DNA of 64,000 nt from Trichosphaerium sp. ATCC 40318. Lineage: Eukaryota; Protista; Tubulinea. Below, piece by piece: positions 52,400 through 64,000 of this stretch (positions within the stretch are counted from its first letter, which is position 1; each line of letters begins with the position of its first letter). The notes under the pieces are model-generated. The model was not told the origin of the DNA. It saw nothing but the letters and a program-made list of their open reading frames with translations, and did no database searches. The position numbers and the translations under genes are program-made. The stretch spans positions 186,001 through 250,000 of the forward strand of contig JALMLS010000440.1 of NCBI GenBank assembly GCA_038496445.1. The letters are read 5' to 3'.

Positions 52400-53375
52400 C
52401 AAAAATATGCGTGGTAAACTTGTGCTATTTATTGCCTTGAAAAAGACTTTACTATTGCCTGCCTGTACATTTCATCAACACCTGTACCATCTTTTGCTGA
52501 TGTTTCAAAATAATCTAATCCTCTTTCATCACAAAACAATTGTGCTTCCTCCCGTGATACTTGACGATTTTCCTCGTCAATCTTATTACCAACTATTACT
52601 TTCAAGCAATCCTAAGTATTCATTAGAACTTCCAAAACTGACTTAAAAATAAATTGCCAACAATCCAAAAAAATTCTTGTTGTCACGTGTCTATAGGTAT
52701 AGTCACCAACCACAAGTGTAGTAGTAGGTACATAGAATAGATTCACGTATATTTGAGAGAACCAAATACACCACAGTAGCAAACAAGACCTTTTTTTGGA
52801 AAGATTAAACAACTTTTAAAAAAAAATCATATCAGCATTATTTTACCTCACTACTCCGTTCTTTTGCAATCCTAAGCCATTCTTCTACTTCCATCCATGA
52901 ATCTCTATCACAGACACTAAATACAATAGCAATACAAGATGCTCCACGAATATAAGACGGAGTTATCGACCGAAATCTTTCTTGACCAGCAGTATCCCAT
53001 AGGTTCGCTCTAAAAACCTTACCATTAGCCTCCAGCCTCTTATATCCCTTGAAAGAGCGTTAAACAAACGTTCCTGATAAACAACGTACAAAGTCTACGC
53101 CAATAGTGCTTATTTCCCTCTCAGAAAACGTGTTTTTCGTGTACCGTTGTTGTAAGCATGTCTGAGGCGGCGTAAGAGAGAAATATTGAACAGTTTTGCA
53201 CTTTGCCGACGCCGCTGTTGCCCAATACAACCATCTTAACTAAAAACTCGTCTATACTATCATAGTGCCCGTTAAAAGCCTATAAAGTCTGTTTTAAGAA
53301 TGTACATAAGACACAGCAAGAAATTACCTTCTCTTGATTAAAAAATGGTATGCTAGTTGTACAACTGTTGCCCAT
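52400..53375 (-). CDS. Rab-family small GTPase with N-terminal MGNSCT acylation motif; 3' end uncertain
   Basis: MGNSCTTSIPFFNQEK|AFNG...KMVVLGNSGVGK|TCL...STIGVDF|...LWDTAGQERFRSIT..YIRGA...VGNKID...ETSAK. Confidence 0.85.
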
Positions 53376-53637
53376 GCGTAGCGGGTTCGGATGTCAAGCA
53401 GTTAAGGTACTTATCGCTTTTTCAAATAATGAAAGTCGTTCGTTTTTCAAATAACATTGCGTTTTTAACGTGGTGTGTTATCTCTTTATCAATGGTATAA
53501 ACAGTGTTCGTTAATAGTTCTTCTTCTCATTGATGCAACCACAACACCACAATCACGTGTTTCAAGAGAAAAAAAAACTAAACAATCTCTATTTTATTTA
53601 AGGGACAGCACTCGAACAAATAGTTGCAATATGGTAT

Positions 53638-55410
53638 CTAATAAGCAGGTGGGTAGTATCCAGGTGCACCTGGTGCTGGAGGATAAGCAGGTGGCATCTA
53701 TCCAAAAGTAAGAAAACTGAACAGTGCGTTAAAAACTAGATTTCGCGTACTCCTGGTGCTGGGTAACCTGGTTGTTGTGGTGGGTACCCGCCTGGCGCTG
53801 GGTATCCACCTGGTGCTGGATAACCTCCTGGTTGCGGTTGGAATGACATAGCTGGAGCTGGAGCACCTAAATAACATACAATCAATAATCTTGTTTTAAA
53901 TATTTTTTCAATGTAACTTACCGTAAGGATTTGGTGCATGGCCTGGAGGTGTAAGTCCAGGTGGACCACCGTAACCAGGAGGATGATGAGATACTGCATG
54001 TGTTACAGAGTAAGAGGTAGCAGGTGGTTGATGTGGTGGGTATGCTCCATGTGGAGGTTGGCTATATGCAGGCTGAACACCGTAGGCTGGTGGGTGTGCT
54101 CCATAGGCAGGTGGATGTCCTGGGTATCCTGCATGTTGTCCTGGGTGTCCGTGAGCACCTCCTGGGTATCCTGCTAAAGAGGGGCGTGAGGTGGTTGTGA
54201 TGCAGTGTTTACTTTAAAAATTGATAAACGCACGTTTCTTTCCAAACCCGTTTGCAGTTACAGCTGTAAGGTACCACGCGTTAGATTGTTGGTGGTGTTA
54301 ATTCATTAACGTACCAATATTAACTTGACCAGCAGGTTTACCATATTTACCACTAAATAGGTGTTAGTCAAGTGATAGTTTGATGTAAAAAAACTAAAAT
54401 AATTTTCATGAAAAAAAAAATCTTCTTTGCGGTCTTTTCGAAAGTTCTAGTTATATGGAATAAGAAAAGTGGTATATTTAGTATTTTATGAAGTGATGTA
54501 TCACGTGGAATAAACTAAAACGAATTTGAGTTTAAGAAATCGAAAAGAAGAGAGTAATTTATTGAAAGAGTTTTCGGGTTTTTTGGAATTTTTTTGGGTT
54601 TGTGAAATTTTTTTTTTCAAATTAAAGGCCAGTTACCGAAGTGGTAACCAAAGGTTCTTCTCTTTACTGTATGGTAGAGTAGTAAGCGATACCTGCGCTT
54701 CACCTAGCTAGTTTGGAAAAAAAAAAAAGGTAAGTGACATGTGTCACAATCAAAATAAAAAAACCGTTGAGTTATTTATGGCTTCGAAGTGGTAGGTTTT
54801 TACCAAAATTATGCTAAACTAACTTTTCTATGTAATGTACTAAACTAAACTAAACTAAAATCGGTAGTACTTGCGTCGTTTTCAAATTATAAACGAGACG
54901 AAGCCTCTGGCAAGATCAAAAAGAAGGTTTCAGTTTTGAAAAAAATGTAAAATTCAAAATGCGGTTAATATAGATCAAGCTAGCCTTTTCACGACGAAAG
55001 TACTCTAATAAGATAGTAGCCATTTAATAGCGTTTTATAGGCCAAAAGTAAAAGCTGTTAGATCGGTTCTAACTTGACTAAACTAGTTTTTCGAACAAAA
55101 ACATCTAAAAAAGAATTTGTACCAAATCATCCGCATTCCATCTATCTTTATCCTTGCAACGAATAATGAGAGTATCTTTCGTGTTTGAAACGTTTAAAAT
55201 CAAGGTTTGGTTCCAATGAGGCGTTAACGTTTTTTTAATTACTCTAGTCTTTGTTTTGAATCCTCCAAGGTATAATTCGATGTATGGATCGGATAAACCT
55301 TGGGTTTAAAAGTCAGCATCACACTTTTGCGGGTTTACCCCAATACCGTTTAAATCAGCAGCAGGTAGGCCATTGGCGCTTACTACGCGACATCTGAGGC
55401 TTTTAGACAT
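53638..55410 (-). CDS. C2-domain protein with Pro/Gly/Tyr/Gln-rich C-terminal region
   Basis: MSKSLRCRVVSANGLPAADLN|GLSDPY...KTRVIKKTLTPHWNQ...RCKDKDRWNADDL|GEAQV...WLPL; tail of PGGYPAP-type repeats ending GYYPPAY*. Confidence 0.85.
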
Positions 55411-55563
55411 GTTTTTTTTCTTACCAAACTACACTAGATGTCAGTAAGAGTATTATGTTTATTGTATTCGTAGTTTGTAGTTTACCGTTTAGTTGTGTGA
55501 GAACACTCCTTTTGTGTTTTACAACTTCCCTTGACTTCCCGTATTTACTTTTAAAATCCCCAA

Positions 55564-58028
55564 ATGCTTCCCATTACTACCGTAGCGGCGGTTTTGTTAC
55601 TGGTTGCAAGCACGTTTGCTCAAACGAATAGTGACAAGACATGGGTGTTTTTTACTGACAAGGCAGCGACTCCTTCGCCTACTGACACTCAAGAGCGTCT
55701 ACAGACCGCACTTGAAGACATGAGCGTGTCTAAACCGTATATTCGGGCTGTAGAAAAACTATGCGGCAGCAAGGCGATCACAGTGTCGCGATGGCTGAAT
55801 GCGATATCTATCAATTGTGACAAGACACTCAAAGTCGTCAGTTTGGGTTTTGTGTCGTCATTACAACCTGTACAACGATTGAGGTGCGTAAAGAGTTCTC
55901 TGTATTGTTTTCACGCACAAACTAGCGCGTATTTCTAATTCTACAATCTAGTAAGCCAACGCCTATTAAAGAAAGCGTTCCAGTATTCAATATACCTGGT
56001 GTATCCGTAGGAAAACGTCAAGCGGGAAATATAACTTACAGTGGCGAAGCCGAACCTCAACTCGCTCAAATTAAGGCAACTGATGCTCACGCACTTGGTT
56101 ACACAGGAAAGGGCGTCAGGTACTCAATAAATAATTGTTTGGCTGGTTTTTTTTCTAATTTTAGTAATCAAGGATTCTTGTTCTTGATACTGGTTACTTT
56201 ACTGACCACGTGGGTTTAAAAGATGTTAACGTTATTGCACAAAAAGATTTTGTAAAAGATGTACGTTTGTTGCTTTTTTGCCTAATGTACGCTCTACAAC
56301 GCCTAAGGTTTATCCTTGCTTGGTTTTAGGCGTTGCTATGAGTGTTGTGTCAGTATTTGTGCAATGCACAGGCTCTGGCAAGCCAAATACTCGGTTTCAA
56401 AGTGATAATTGAAGACTTACATTTTCGTCAATGTAACGCAAGCACTGCTCACCGTTGTTCACTATTTGTTTATTTTCTCTTATAATTCTTTAGGATTCGA
56501 ATACTCAAAATGAAGCTGGTGATCCTGTTGATCAAGATGAGCATGGAACTTCTGTTCTGTCACTTATTGGTAAGATATTTTTAACCCTTTTAATTCTTCA
56601 ATGAAAACCGTTAATATTGGTGTACAGTTAATTCTTATTTTTTATAGCTGGTAAGACTGCAAATGGTGATATTGTTGGTGTGGCTTGGGAAGGTTTGTGT
56701 TCAGATACGAAATAGTGATTTACTAACGTATTAAATAGCCGAGTTTTTGTTGGCTAAAACAGAAATTGTTGATAATGAAATAACTCTTGAGGAGGTACAC
56801 CTTATTTAAACCACGTGTATTTTTCTAACTTATCACACAAGGATCATTTTGTGGCTGCTATGGAATGGGGTGAAGATAATGGTGCTTTTATAATGACAGC
56901 ATCTTTAAGTTATCCAGATTTCTACAAAGCTTATGAAAGAAACGGTCAAGTTAGCACTACAACTAAAGCTGTATGTGTTTGCAGCAATCTATTTGCTCCC
57001 TTATTGTTCCTCTTACTAATATATAAACTACTTAGGTTAATATTGCTACAAAGAGAGGTATTCTATTCCTTAGTGCAGCAGGAAACTCAAACTTGGACGG
57101 TATTGGTATGTTTACGTTTTTTTTTTTGGTGATCTTGGTTGATTTTTTACTGTGATTTAGGTGTACCTGCTGATGCCCATCTTATGCTAGCTGTTGCTGC
57201 TGTAACATCAACAGGCGCTAAGAGCAGTTTCTCGTCTATTGGGCCTTCTGCTGATGGTCGTATGAAACCAGAGAGTAAGTGCTTTTTTGAATCATAAATG
57301 CTTACAGTTTTCAAAGTTGCAGCTTGGGGATCCCAAAACTTCCATGCATCTGCTCCTAATGGTATTCTTGGTCGTTCTACCACAATTTGGAGTAGAGGAA
57401 GTGGCACATCTTTCGCGTGTCCTATGGCTGCTGGTGCAGCTGCGCTTGTTAAACAAGCACATCCTACTTGGCACGTGTCAACTTCAGAAATTAACGCTAA
57501 TACCTTATTTAAAGGACTGCTCAAGAAATCCGCTATGCTCTTATGAAAACTGCTTCTCAAGCAAGTCAACCTGATAATGAGCTTGGATGGGGTATTATCG
57601 ATGTTGTTGCAGCTATTCAGTCTACTCCAGTGGCGGTATGCAACTAGCTAGACGAACAATAATTTTTCTGATTTTTGGGATTTTTAGGCTTGTAGTTCTA
57701 GCTGCTCTGGAAGAGGTTCTTGTGTTAATACTACCCAAGGAAGTTACTGTGATTGTAATGCACCATATTATGGTTACTTGGTAAGTAGTATTTAAGGGTA
57801 CAGTTTGTTTTATCTGTCTAATGTCTTCTTTAGTGTGAGTTAACTCCTACACCTTGTAGTGACTTTTGTGTTAACGGAGTTTGCTCAAACGGCACTGTTT
57901 GCATGTGTAACGAAGGTTTCCAAGGTATTACATGTAAGAGCAGTGGTAACACATTGGCACCATCGTTCACACTCTTGGTAGCGATATTATCTGTCTTTGT
58001 TGTCTTGTCTCGCACGTTTTTTGTTTAA
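55564..58028 (+). CDS. Subtilisin-like S8 peptidase with EGF-like repeats and C-terminal hydrophobic anchor
   Basis: Signal peptide; triad ILVLDTG, DEHGTSVLS, GTSFACP; oxyanion SAGN; GPSADGRMKPE; EGF-like Cys spacing; hydrophobic C-terminus. Confidence 0.92.
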
Positions 58029-59318
58029 AACTCATAAACATTAACATGTATATAACTTAATCATAATGTATACATTTTTTTTTTGATTGAAATCACTTCG
58101 CTTGGATGCTTATGATATTAGAGAAGCTGTTATATAAGTTAGAAGCGCTCTAAAAGGACCGTGTAGTCCTTGGGCCTTTGTGTCTTCAACAAAGCTTGTT
58201 TATTGTTGAATTTAGTTAGATGGTTTTTTGTTGCATTAACGAGAAATTCCTGTTGGTGAACTAACTGAAAAAGTCAAACCAATTAGACTTCTCCCTCGTT
58301 GTCGACAAACCAAATACTGTTAACTGGCTGCAAATCCTTTTAATTTAGGAGTCATTGTTAACTCAACAACAACACAAACTTACGGCGGGTTATCTCTGAA
58401 TTCTTTTGTAGGTTTTGCATTTCAATCGCCTAATTATTCTCTTCCCGCATCTGATATAAGGTTCAGTAGTACATCATTCACCTGAGTTTGATATCTATTT
58501 TGACATTTGAAATGTTTAGCTTAGATTTGTTTGTCCCGGTCAGTCTTTTACTACAGGTTCGCATATATATTTTCAATAGAACCACCAACAACGTCACCTC
58601 CAACAACACCTCTAACAACTTTGGATCCAACACCACTTCCAACAACATCACTTCCAACATCACAGGCACCTACACAATCTATTCCGATAGCATTAACAGC
58701 TACCCATACGCTAAAATTAGTCATGATGTACACATCATTCCATAGCATACATGGACGAATTTGCAATTTAAAAACAGTTCTTGTCTCAAAGAAAAACTCA
58801 AACTATTAAAACTTATTTTTTCAAAAAAGTGCCGTTAGCCTGATGGTCGATCTACCAAGCTTTGAGAATTCAACTTCTGTTGCACATCTTTTGAGTTCTT
58901 TTGGTTGCTTGTTTTACTTGTTTTCAATTGTAGCGCTCTGTATCTAAGACTTCTAAAACAAAATTCTACCACTTATGCCATCTTGAATATATTTGTTTAT
59001 CATCCTTTGAAGGGGTACATAGTCAGATATGAAAGTACTTGCTAGAATACCAAAGATAAACATGTCATTCTCAGATATTAGTGATGATTAATTGTCCTAT
59101 TGTTCGACTTATACAATCAGCGAACACGGGTTTGTCCCATCACATAACAAATCTTCATTTGTCATCCTTACTTGAGCACGTGTCCTTCAATCATGCGTAC
59201 CATCACATTCATATTTTCATTCAATCCAATTACTTGTAACAAGAGAAACTATAAAACCGTTTGTAACACGTGGGATTTATTTTAATTGTTCTAGTCAATA
59301 AAACAAACTGTTTTTTTC

Positions 59319-62300
59319 TTACAAGTTTGCCACCTCTGTAATGTAGAAATCACCATCTACTTCCCTCCCTTTTTCGTATGATGAGGATGAAGATGAGAAA
59401 TCGAGCCCATCTTCGCTATCCCAAGTACCCAGCAATTTTTGTATTGTTTGCACAATCTTCGCAAAAGTAGGTCTTTTTTTGTATTCACTTTGAAGGCAAT
59501 TCGTCAATAACTCTTTTCCTCCGTCGATACCTACATTCTCTGGTATTGGTATACATTCGCCGCTTCTGATACGATCTAGAATATCAGTTGGAGATACTCC
59601 TTGCCAAGGTACTTGTAGTGTCTCAATTTCCCATAGAAGTAGTCCAAAAGAATAAACATCCGATTGCATATGAAATTGCTTCGATGAGATAACTTCAGGT
59701 GCCATGTACGCTGTATGAAAGAAAAATTAATTATTAACACAAATAATGTATATTGAGATATTAAGTACGTACAAACAGCGCCAGGTATACCTATAATGTA
59801 CTTTTGGTCCTTTCCTGTGAAAAAAACAAAAGTGAGAAAAAAATACGAAAGAATAATAAAAGGTAGTACCAAGCAATTTGCTGAAACCGAAGTCTGCAAC
59901 TTTAGCCAAACCCTTCTCAGTCAACTAGACATTGACACAAACATTAGAAACATCAACATACAGTATAACATACCAAAACATTTCCTCCATTTAAGTCACA
60001 GTGAAGAACGTTCGACAAGTGTAAATAATTCAAACCTAATAAGAAGTTGACACTACTAACAACAAAATAGTTTGTACCAAGCGCTATATCTAATGCTATT
60101 TCAAGCTTCCTATCATTTGATAGACTCCTTCCATTGACTTGAAGGTAATGACGCAAAGATCCTCCACTACAATACTAACAAGGATGAGAACAAAAACAAT
60201 AACAGTTAAAGAAATTTTTACCTCCATCAGAATGTACTTTACGTTTGAGTCCAATGATGCTCCAAGGAACAATACAATATTCGGGTGTCGTAACGTCCAA
60301 TGTACACCAAGCTCATCAGCAAGTAGTTCAAGCTTTGTTTGTGATTTCTTGGCACGTTCTATAGTCTTGCATGCAACAGTGAGTCCACGGAAAGTTGCTT
60401 TATATACAACACCAAAATATCCTGTGATAGAATGTACTGAGCAAACCATAGGTTCTTTTTGCAGATGTTTAATAAAGAACGTACCTGCGCCTAATTCATC
60501 ACGAAGTGTTACCTCATGACTTGGTATTTGCCATGACTTATGCAATGTTTTTGCCAAATCAGCTCCTTTTTCTTGAACTGTATCAACAAAAAATTGTAGT
60601 AAAGAATTATCGCTCAGGCTGTCCAAAAACGATAATGCCAAGCGAAAGTCTACAAGATTATCATGTAAGTATAGGGCTATGTATATTATAGTTCGAGAGT
60701 ATTAACTACGAAAAACAAAGTGAGTACCAATTTCATCCTGTACAACTATTCTATCTTTTCCGGCTGTGTATGAAATCTTCATGTCTGATATGTCATGGTT
60801 CTCAAGTATCATTTCTTGGAACTGATCAAGAGTATGTTGTTTAGATATAGCAGCAATAGATGCTTTCCCGTTAATTACACATTTAATAAATAAGACGTCT
60901 AATAGACATAAGAACATTGAACTTTAATAAGAAAAAAATAAGAAAAAATTAACCTTTGTTTTCCAGCTGGGAGTAAGTGCGTGTGGGTTCTCTTTGGCTA
61001 TGACAAGAGTGAGATAGTTTTTATACATTTATATTACGTACACTGGGCGTGCTTTATAGTTCTCAAGGATTCGTACGATTTCGCCAAATTTAGGTCTATT
61101 TTCTGGCTTTTTCTTCCAACAATCCTTCATAATATTTACAAAAATCTCCTTTGTGTGCAGGTGTATTGAAGGTCGTAATCGCCCAGAGCATATCAGCGCC
61201 TAAAATATGGATATTTAAAAATAAAGATAAAACACAAGGAGGAGGAAAAATAGAAAACAAAGTGAAGTTGTATTTTTTTTTTGTACAATGTTGTCACTTC
61301 TTTCGCCGGAAACATAAGGACCTTTGACAACACTAAAAATACTTGTAAGATATTAAACAAGTTACGTGTGTATAAAGTACGCCTGTTGTGTTGCTGTTAA
61401 TTGCCACAAAAACATTCCATACATGTAGGAATTTGCACTATTAGTTCATTAAATGTACATTAAACAACTGAAGCGTACCTGAAAGATGTTCCTGCAAAAT
61501 CGTTTTGTAGTATTTCAGGGGCAAGAAACTCATAGTTACTTTGTATAAGAGACTGTAAATCTTTACTGAAAGGAACATGGAATAGTGGTATCGCTTCATG
61601 AATGCCCTGAAATGAAGGTTAATAATACACAGCAAAAAAAAAATATACATACACATAATTTAACAATTGGGTTAGCACTGTTTATCTGCTTTATCTATAT
61701 ATGTATAAGTTGCTTGTAATATTTATAAGACTTGAGCGTACGCCTATATACTTGGCATTAAACTTTGGGAACAGTAGATCAGGGTTTTGGGCTTCGAGGT
61801 ACTCAAAGGCTTTGGCAATATCAAGCGCTATTTTTAACTTTTTTTTCTGCGAGAGAGGTTTTCTATCTGACGCCTGGGCACGTTTGGTTCAGTAAAAAAA
61901 ATTGTGTTAACGTTTATTACACGTGTGGCTTACCACCAATACTTCATGAAGTCGCTTTGGGAATTTTTCATAAGCAAAGCCTCGTTGGGAGTCAAAACAA
62001 GTTCCAATGAAAGTTTGCAAAGTTGGTGATGAAAGAGTACTGGCAAGAACTGTTAGAATTCAGTTGTTCTAGATAAAATACGTACCTGAGTATTATATTA
62101 GAGACTATGTACGGGATATAATTATCGTCTTTGAGAAATACAAGCTCTTGGTGAGATGCTGGTTTAATCATTGTTCGACGTAGTAATCTAAGAAAAAAAT
62201 GAGAAACTTTTTTTTCTGAAGTGTACCCAAAGTCAGGCGCCAAGTGTGTTAGTCTTTGAAGCGTTTTAGAATCTTCATCACCATCTTTTAGTTATGTAAG

Positions 62301-64000
62301 TATGAAATATAAAAACGGAGGTAATAGCATCATACCTTTGGCTTCACGAATTAAAGCAAAATATTCTTGAGAGTATGAAACTTCAATGGGTTTATGAGTT
62401 TTCTTATCGTAAGTCAATATAACTCTTTTAAATCTGATTGATTCGTTTTTTATAGATTCTTCAATAACGTAAATGAGATTCATAAAAGCGTGAAACTTAG
62501 CATTGCTAAAGAGCTGTTAATAGACCAAAAAAAAGAACGAAGAAAAAAAGAGGAAATTACAAAAATGTATTTTTTCCTTCACAGAAAGCATTCATACAAC
62601 ACGGTTAAACTCAAATTTTATACTAAGTTCTTGTGTACAAAACTTTGAAGTGTTTGTTTGTATAGTACAATGTTCGGTTGTGACAAAAAAAAGGAGTAAA
62701 AACAGAAAGAAAATAAAAAATTGATAAAAAAGAGTGTACCCTTTTGCGTAGTTACAAGCCATAAGCTCTAAAACGTTGTCTTTTAGCCTAAACCCTATTT
62801 CAGATTTATCTTCCGATGCTTGAAGAAACATTCCAGTTTTCCATATTGATCTTGTCGTATATTGTCCCAAACAAATGACTCTATGTTGTAATCTTACAAA
62901 AGTCTTTTCAGATAAATCAGATTGAAAAGTCCATTGACGTCCAGTTATATGAGCACCATGTGAATGTGATTTTTCTACATTAAACATACTGAAATCTCTT
63001 GATGGTTTAGGTGGTAAGAAGAAAGGCATGAATACAACAACATCCTGTACAGTAGATATAAACGAACTTAAATATAAAACTTCTTTATCCAATAAAATCT
63101 CAAAAATAGCATCCTTAAGAGTTTCCAATTGTGATACTTTAAGACCTTTTAATTTACTTCTAATACCTTGAAGCCATAATATAGGTACTGGATTCTCCCC
63201 AAAACTTGTCACAAGTTGAGAAAAAAGCATCAAAAGAAGAGTAGGTTCCAAGATAATCAAATGCCTTTTTCTGTTTTGAACTATATATCCCGATTCTTCA
63301 AGCTTATCAATAAGTGTACGTAGGTAAGATAGATCATAAGATAACTCCTCACAATGATCCTCAAACGCCTGAGTGCTTATACTAGCTCTATCTCGCTTAA
63401 GGGATAAAATCTTTTTCAGGATTTTCGAAAACTCTTGACGTGCTGATGACATTGCATATTCTATCAGATTTTGTATCAAACTCTTGAAAAACCTTTTTCC
63501 TTTTCTTATTGCCAAAAAATCAACTTGTTGTTTTTCGAATTTCACAGTTATTGCTGTCAACTCTTTACTAGCATATTTTCTACCCGTTAAATCACATGCA
63601 ATAATATGAGCGTTAGGAACCAAATCACTTTTAATCACGTGTCAGTGGCGTCGAGAGAACAAAAAACGAAAAACTGGACCAGTTTTTTTTAAATAAAGCG
63701 TTATTTGTACCGTATTGACTGTAAACGTGCGTCAAGCCATCCGGATAATACATCGCTTTCGTCATAAAAAACAACATAAACGCCGTCATTATTTATGAAT
63801 AAATGAGCCACAGGCCACTCAAAGTCGCTTAAACATGTGCATTCGAGCGTAATCTAAACGAAACAAATAATTTTAGAACGTCTGGTTTTGTGTGTACTCT
63901 AAACGTTCCGATTTACGTACCCTGTCGTTTAGTTCGAGCTCGAAAGACGCACGTGATAAACCAACACCGCGTTGTCCTACCTTCGACCAGTTAAAAGTAT
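59319..64000 (-). CDS. ROCO-like protein: degenerate Roc, COR, pseudokinase, PB1, TKL kinase; 5' end beyond the window
   Basis: COR-like ORF 62592-63638 (LIILEP, FMPFFLP, FVRLQHR, IWKTG), LAPDFG linker, kinase-like exons (KLKIALDIAKALEYL, FLAPE, DCWKKKPENRPKF) that splice in frame into a PB1-like segment (LFIKCVING...ISY..DRIVV) and a kinase (GAG/YFGVVY, VACK, HCDLNGGN, DFG, APE, DVYSFG). Confidence 0.78.

Noticed and set aside
54836-54860. (ACTAA)n microsatellite as a telomeric repeat
   Set aside because: Only about four units inside an intron.
58100-58810. Pro/Thr-rich mucin-like fragment
   Set aside because: Surrounded by stops with no identifiable family; probably a decayed gene.
1-64000. 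tRNA or rRNA genes; alternative genetic code
   Set aside because: No RNA gene recognised by eye. The stops in conserved genes are explained by short introns under the standard code.

Overview
AT-rich eukaryotic genomic DNA with many short (about 30-200 nt) GT-AG and occasional GC-AG introns. An amoebozoan-like protist is inferred from an ANK-BTB-bromo-ET gene, Frizzled/Smoothened-like GPCRs, a ROCO gene, a G8-domain gene and F-box/MORN genes. Genes read by hand: a MOV10/SDE3-type RNA helicase, an inverted pair of novel triple-repeat genes flanking a LamG gene, an ATG27/M6PR-like receptor, F-box-LRR and F-box-MORN genes with relics, FYR and ANK-BTB-BRD-ET chromatin genes, an alpha/beta hydrolase, a MoaD-like protein, two tandem Fz/Smo-like GPCRs, a Rab, a C2/Pro-rich protein, a subtilisin and a ROCO with two kinase domains. 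Two features stand out. (1) A six-exon, 919-aa precursor (48668-51937) links a Reeler ectodomain through a hydrophobic hairpin and a second, internal signal peptide to a His-brace LPMO-like domain, so it looks like a polyprotein whose processing would create the copper-binding N-terminal His. (2) A 7.1-kb DNA transposon (39076-46179) has 21-bp TIRs and an 8-bp TSD yet encodes a piggyBac-type DDD transposase plus a USP-fold cysteine protease. It interrupts a G8 gene and carries a nested 2-kb TA-flanked repeat-array element. All calls come from manual reading and no database searches were run.
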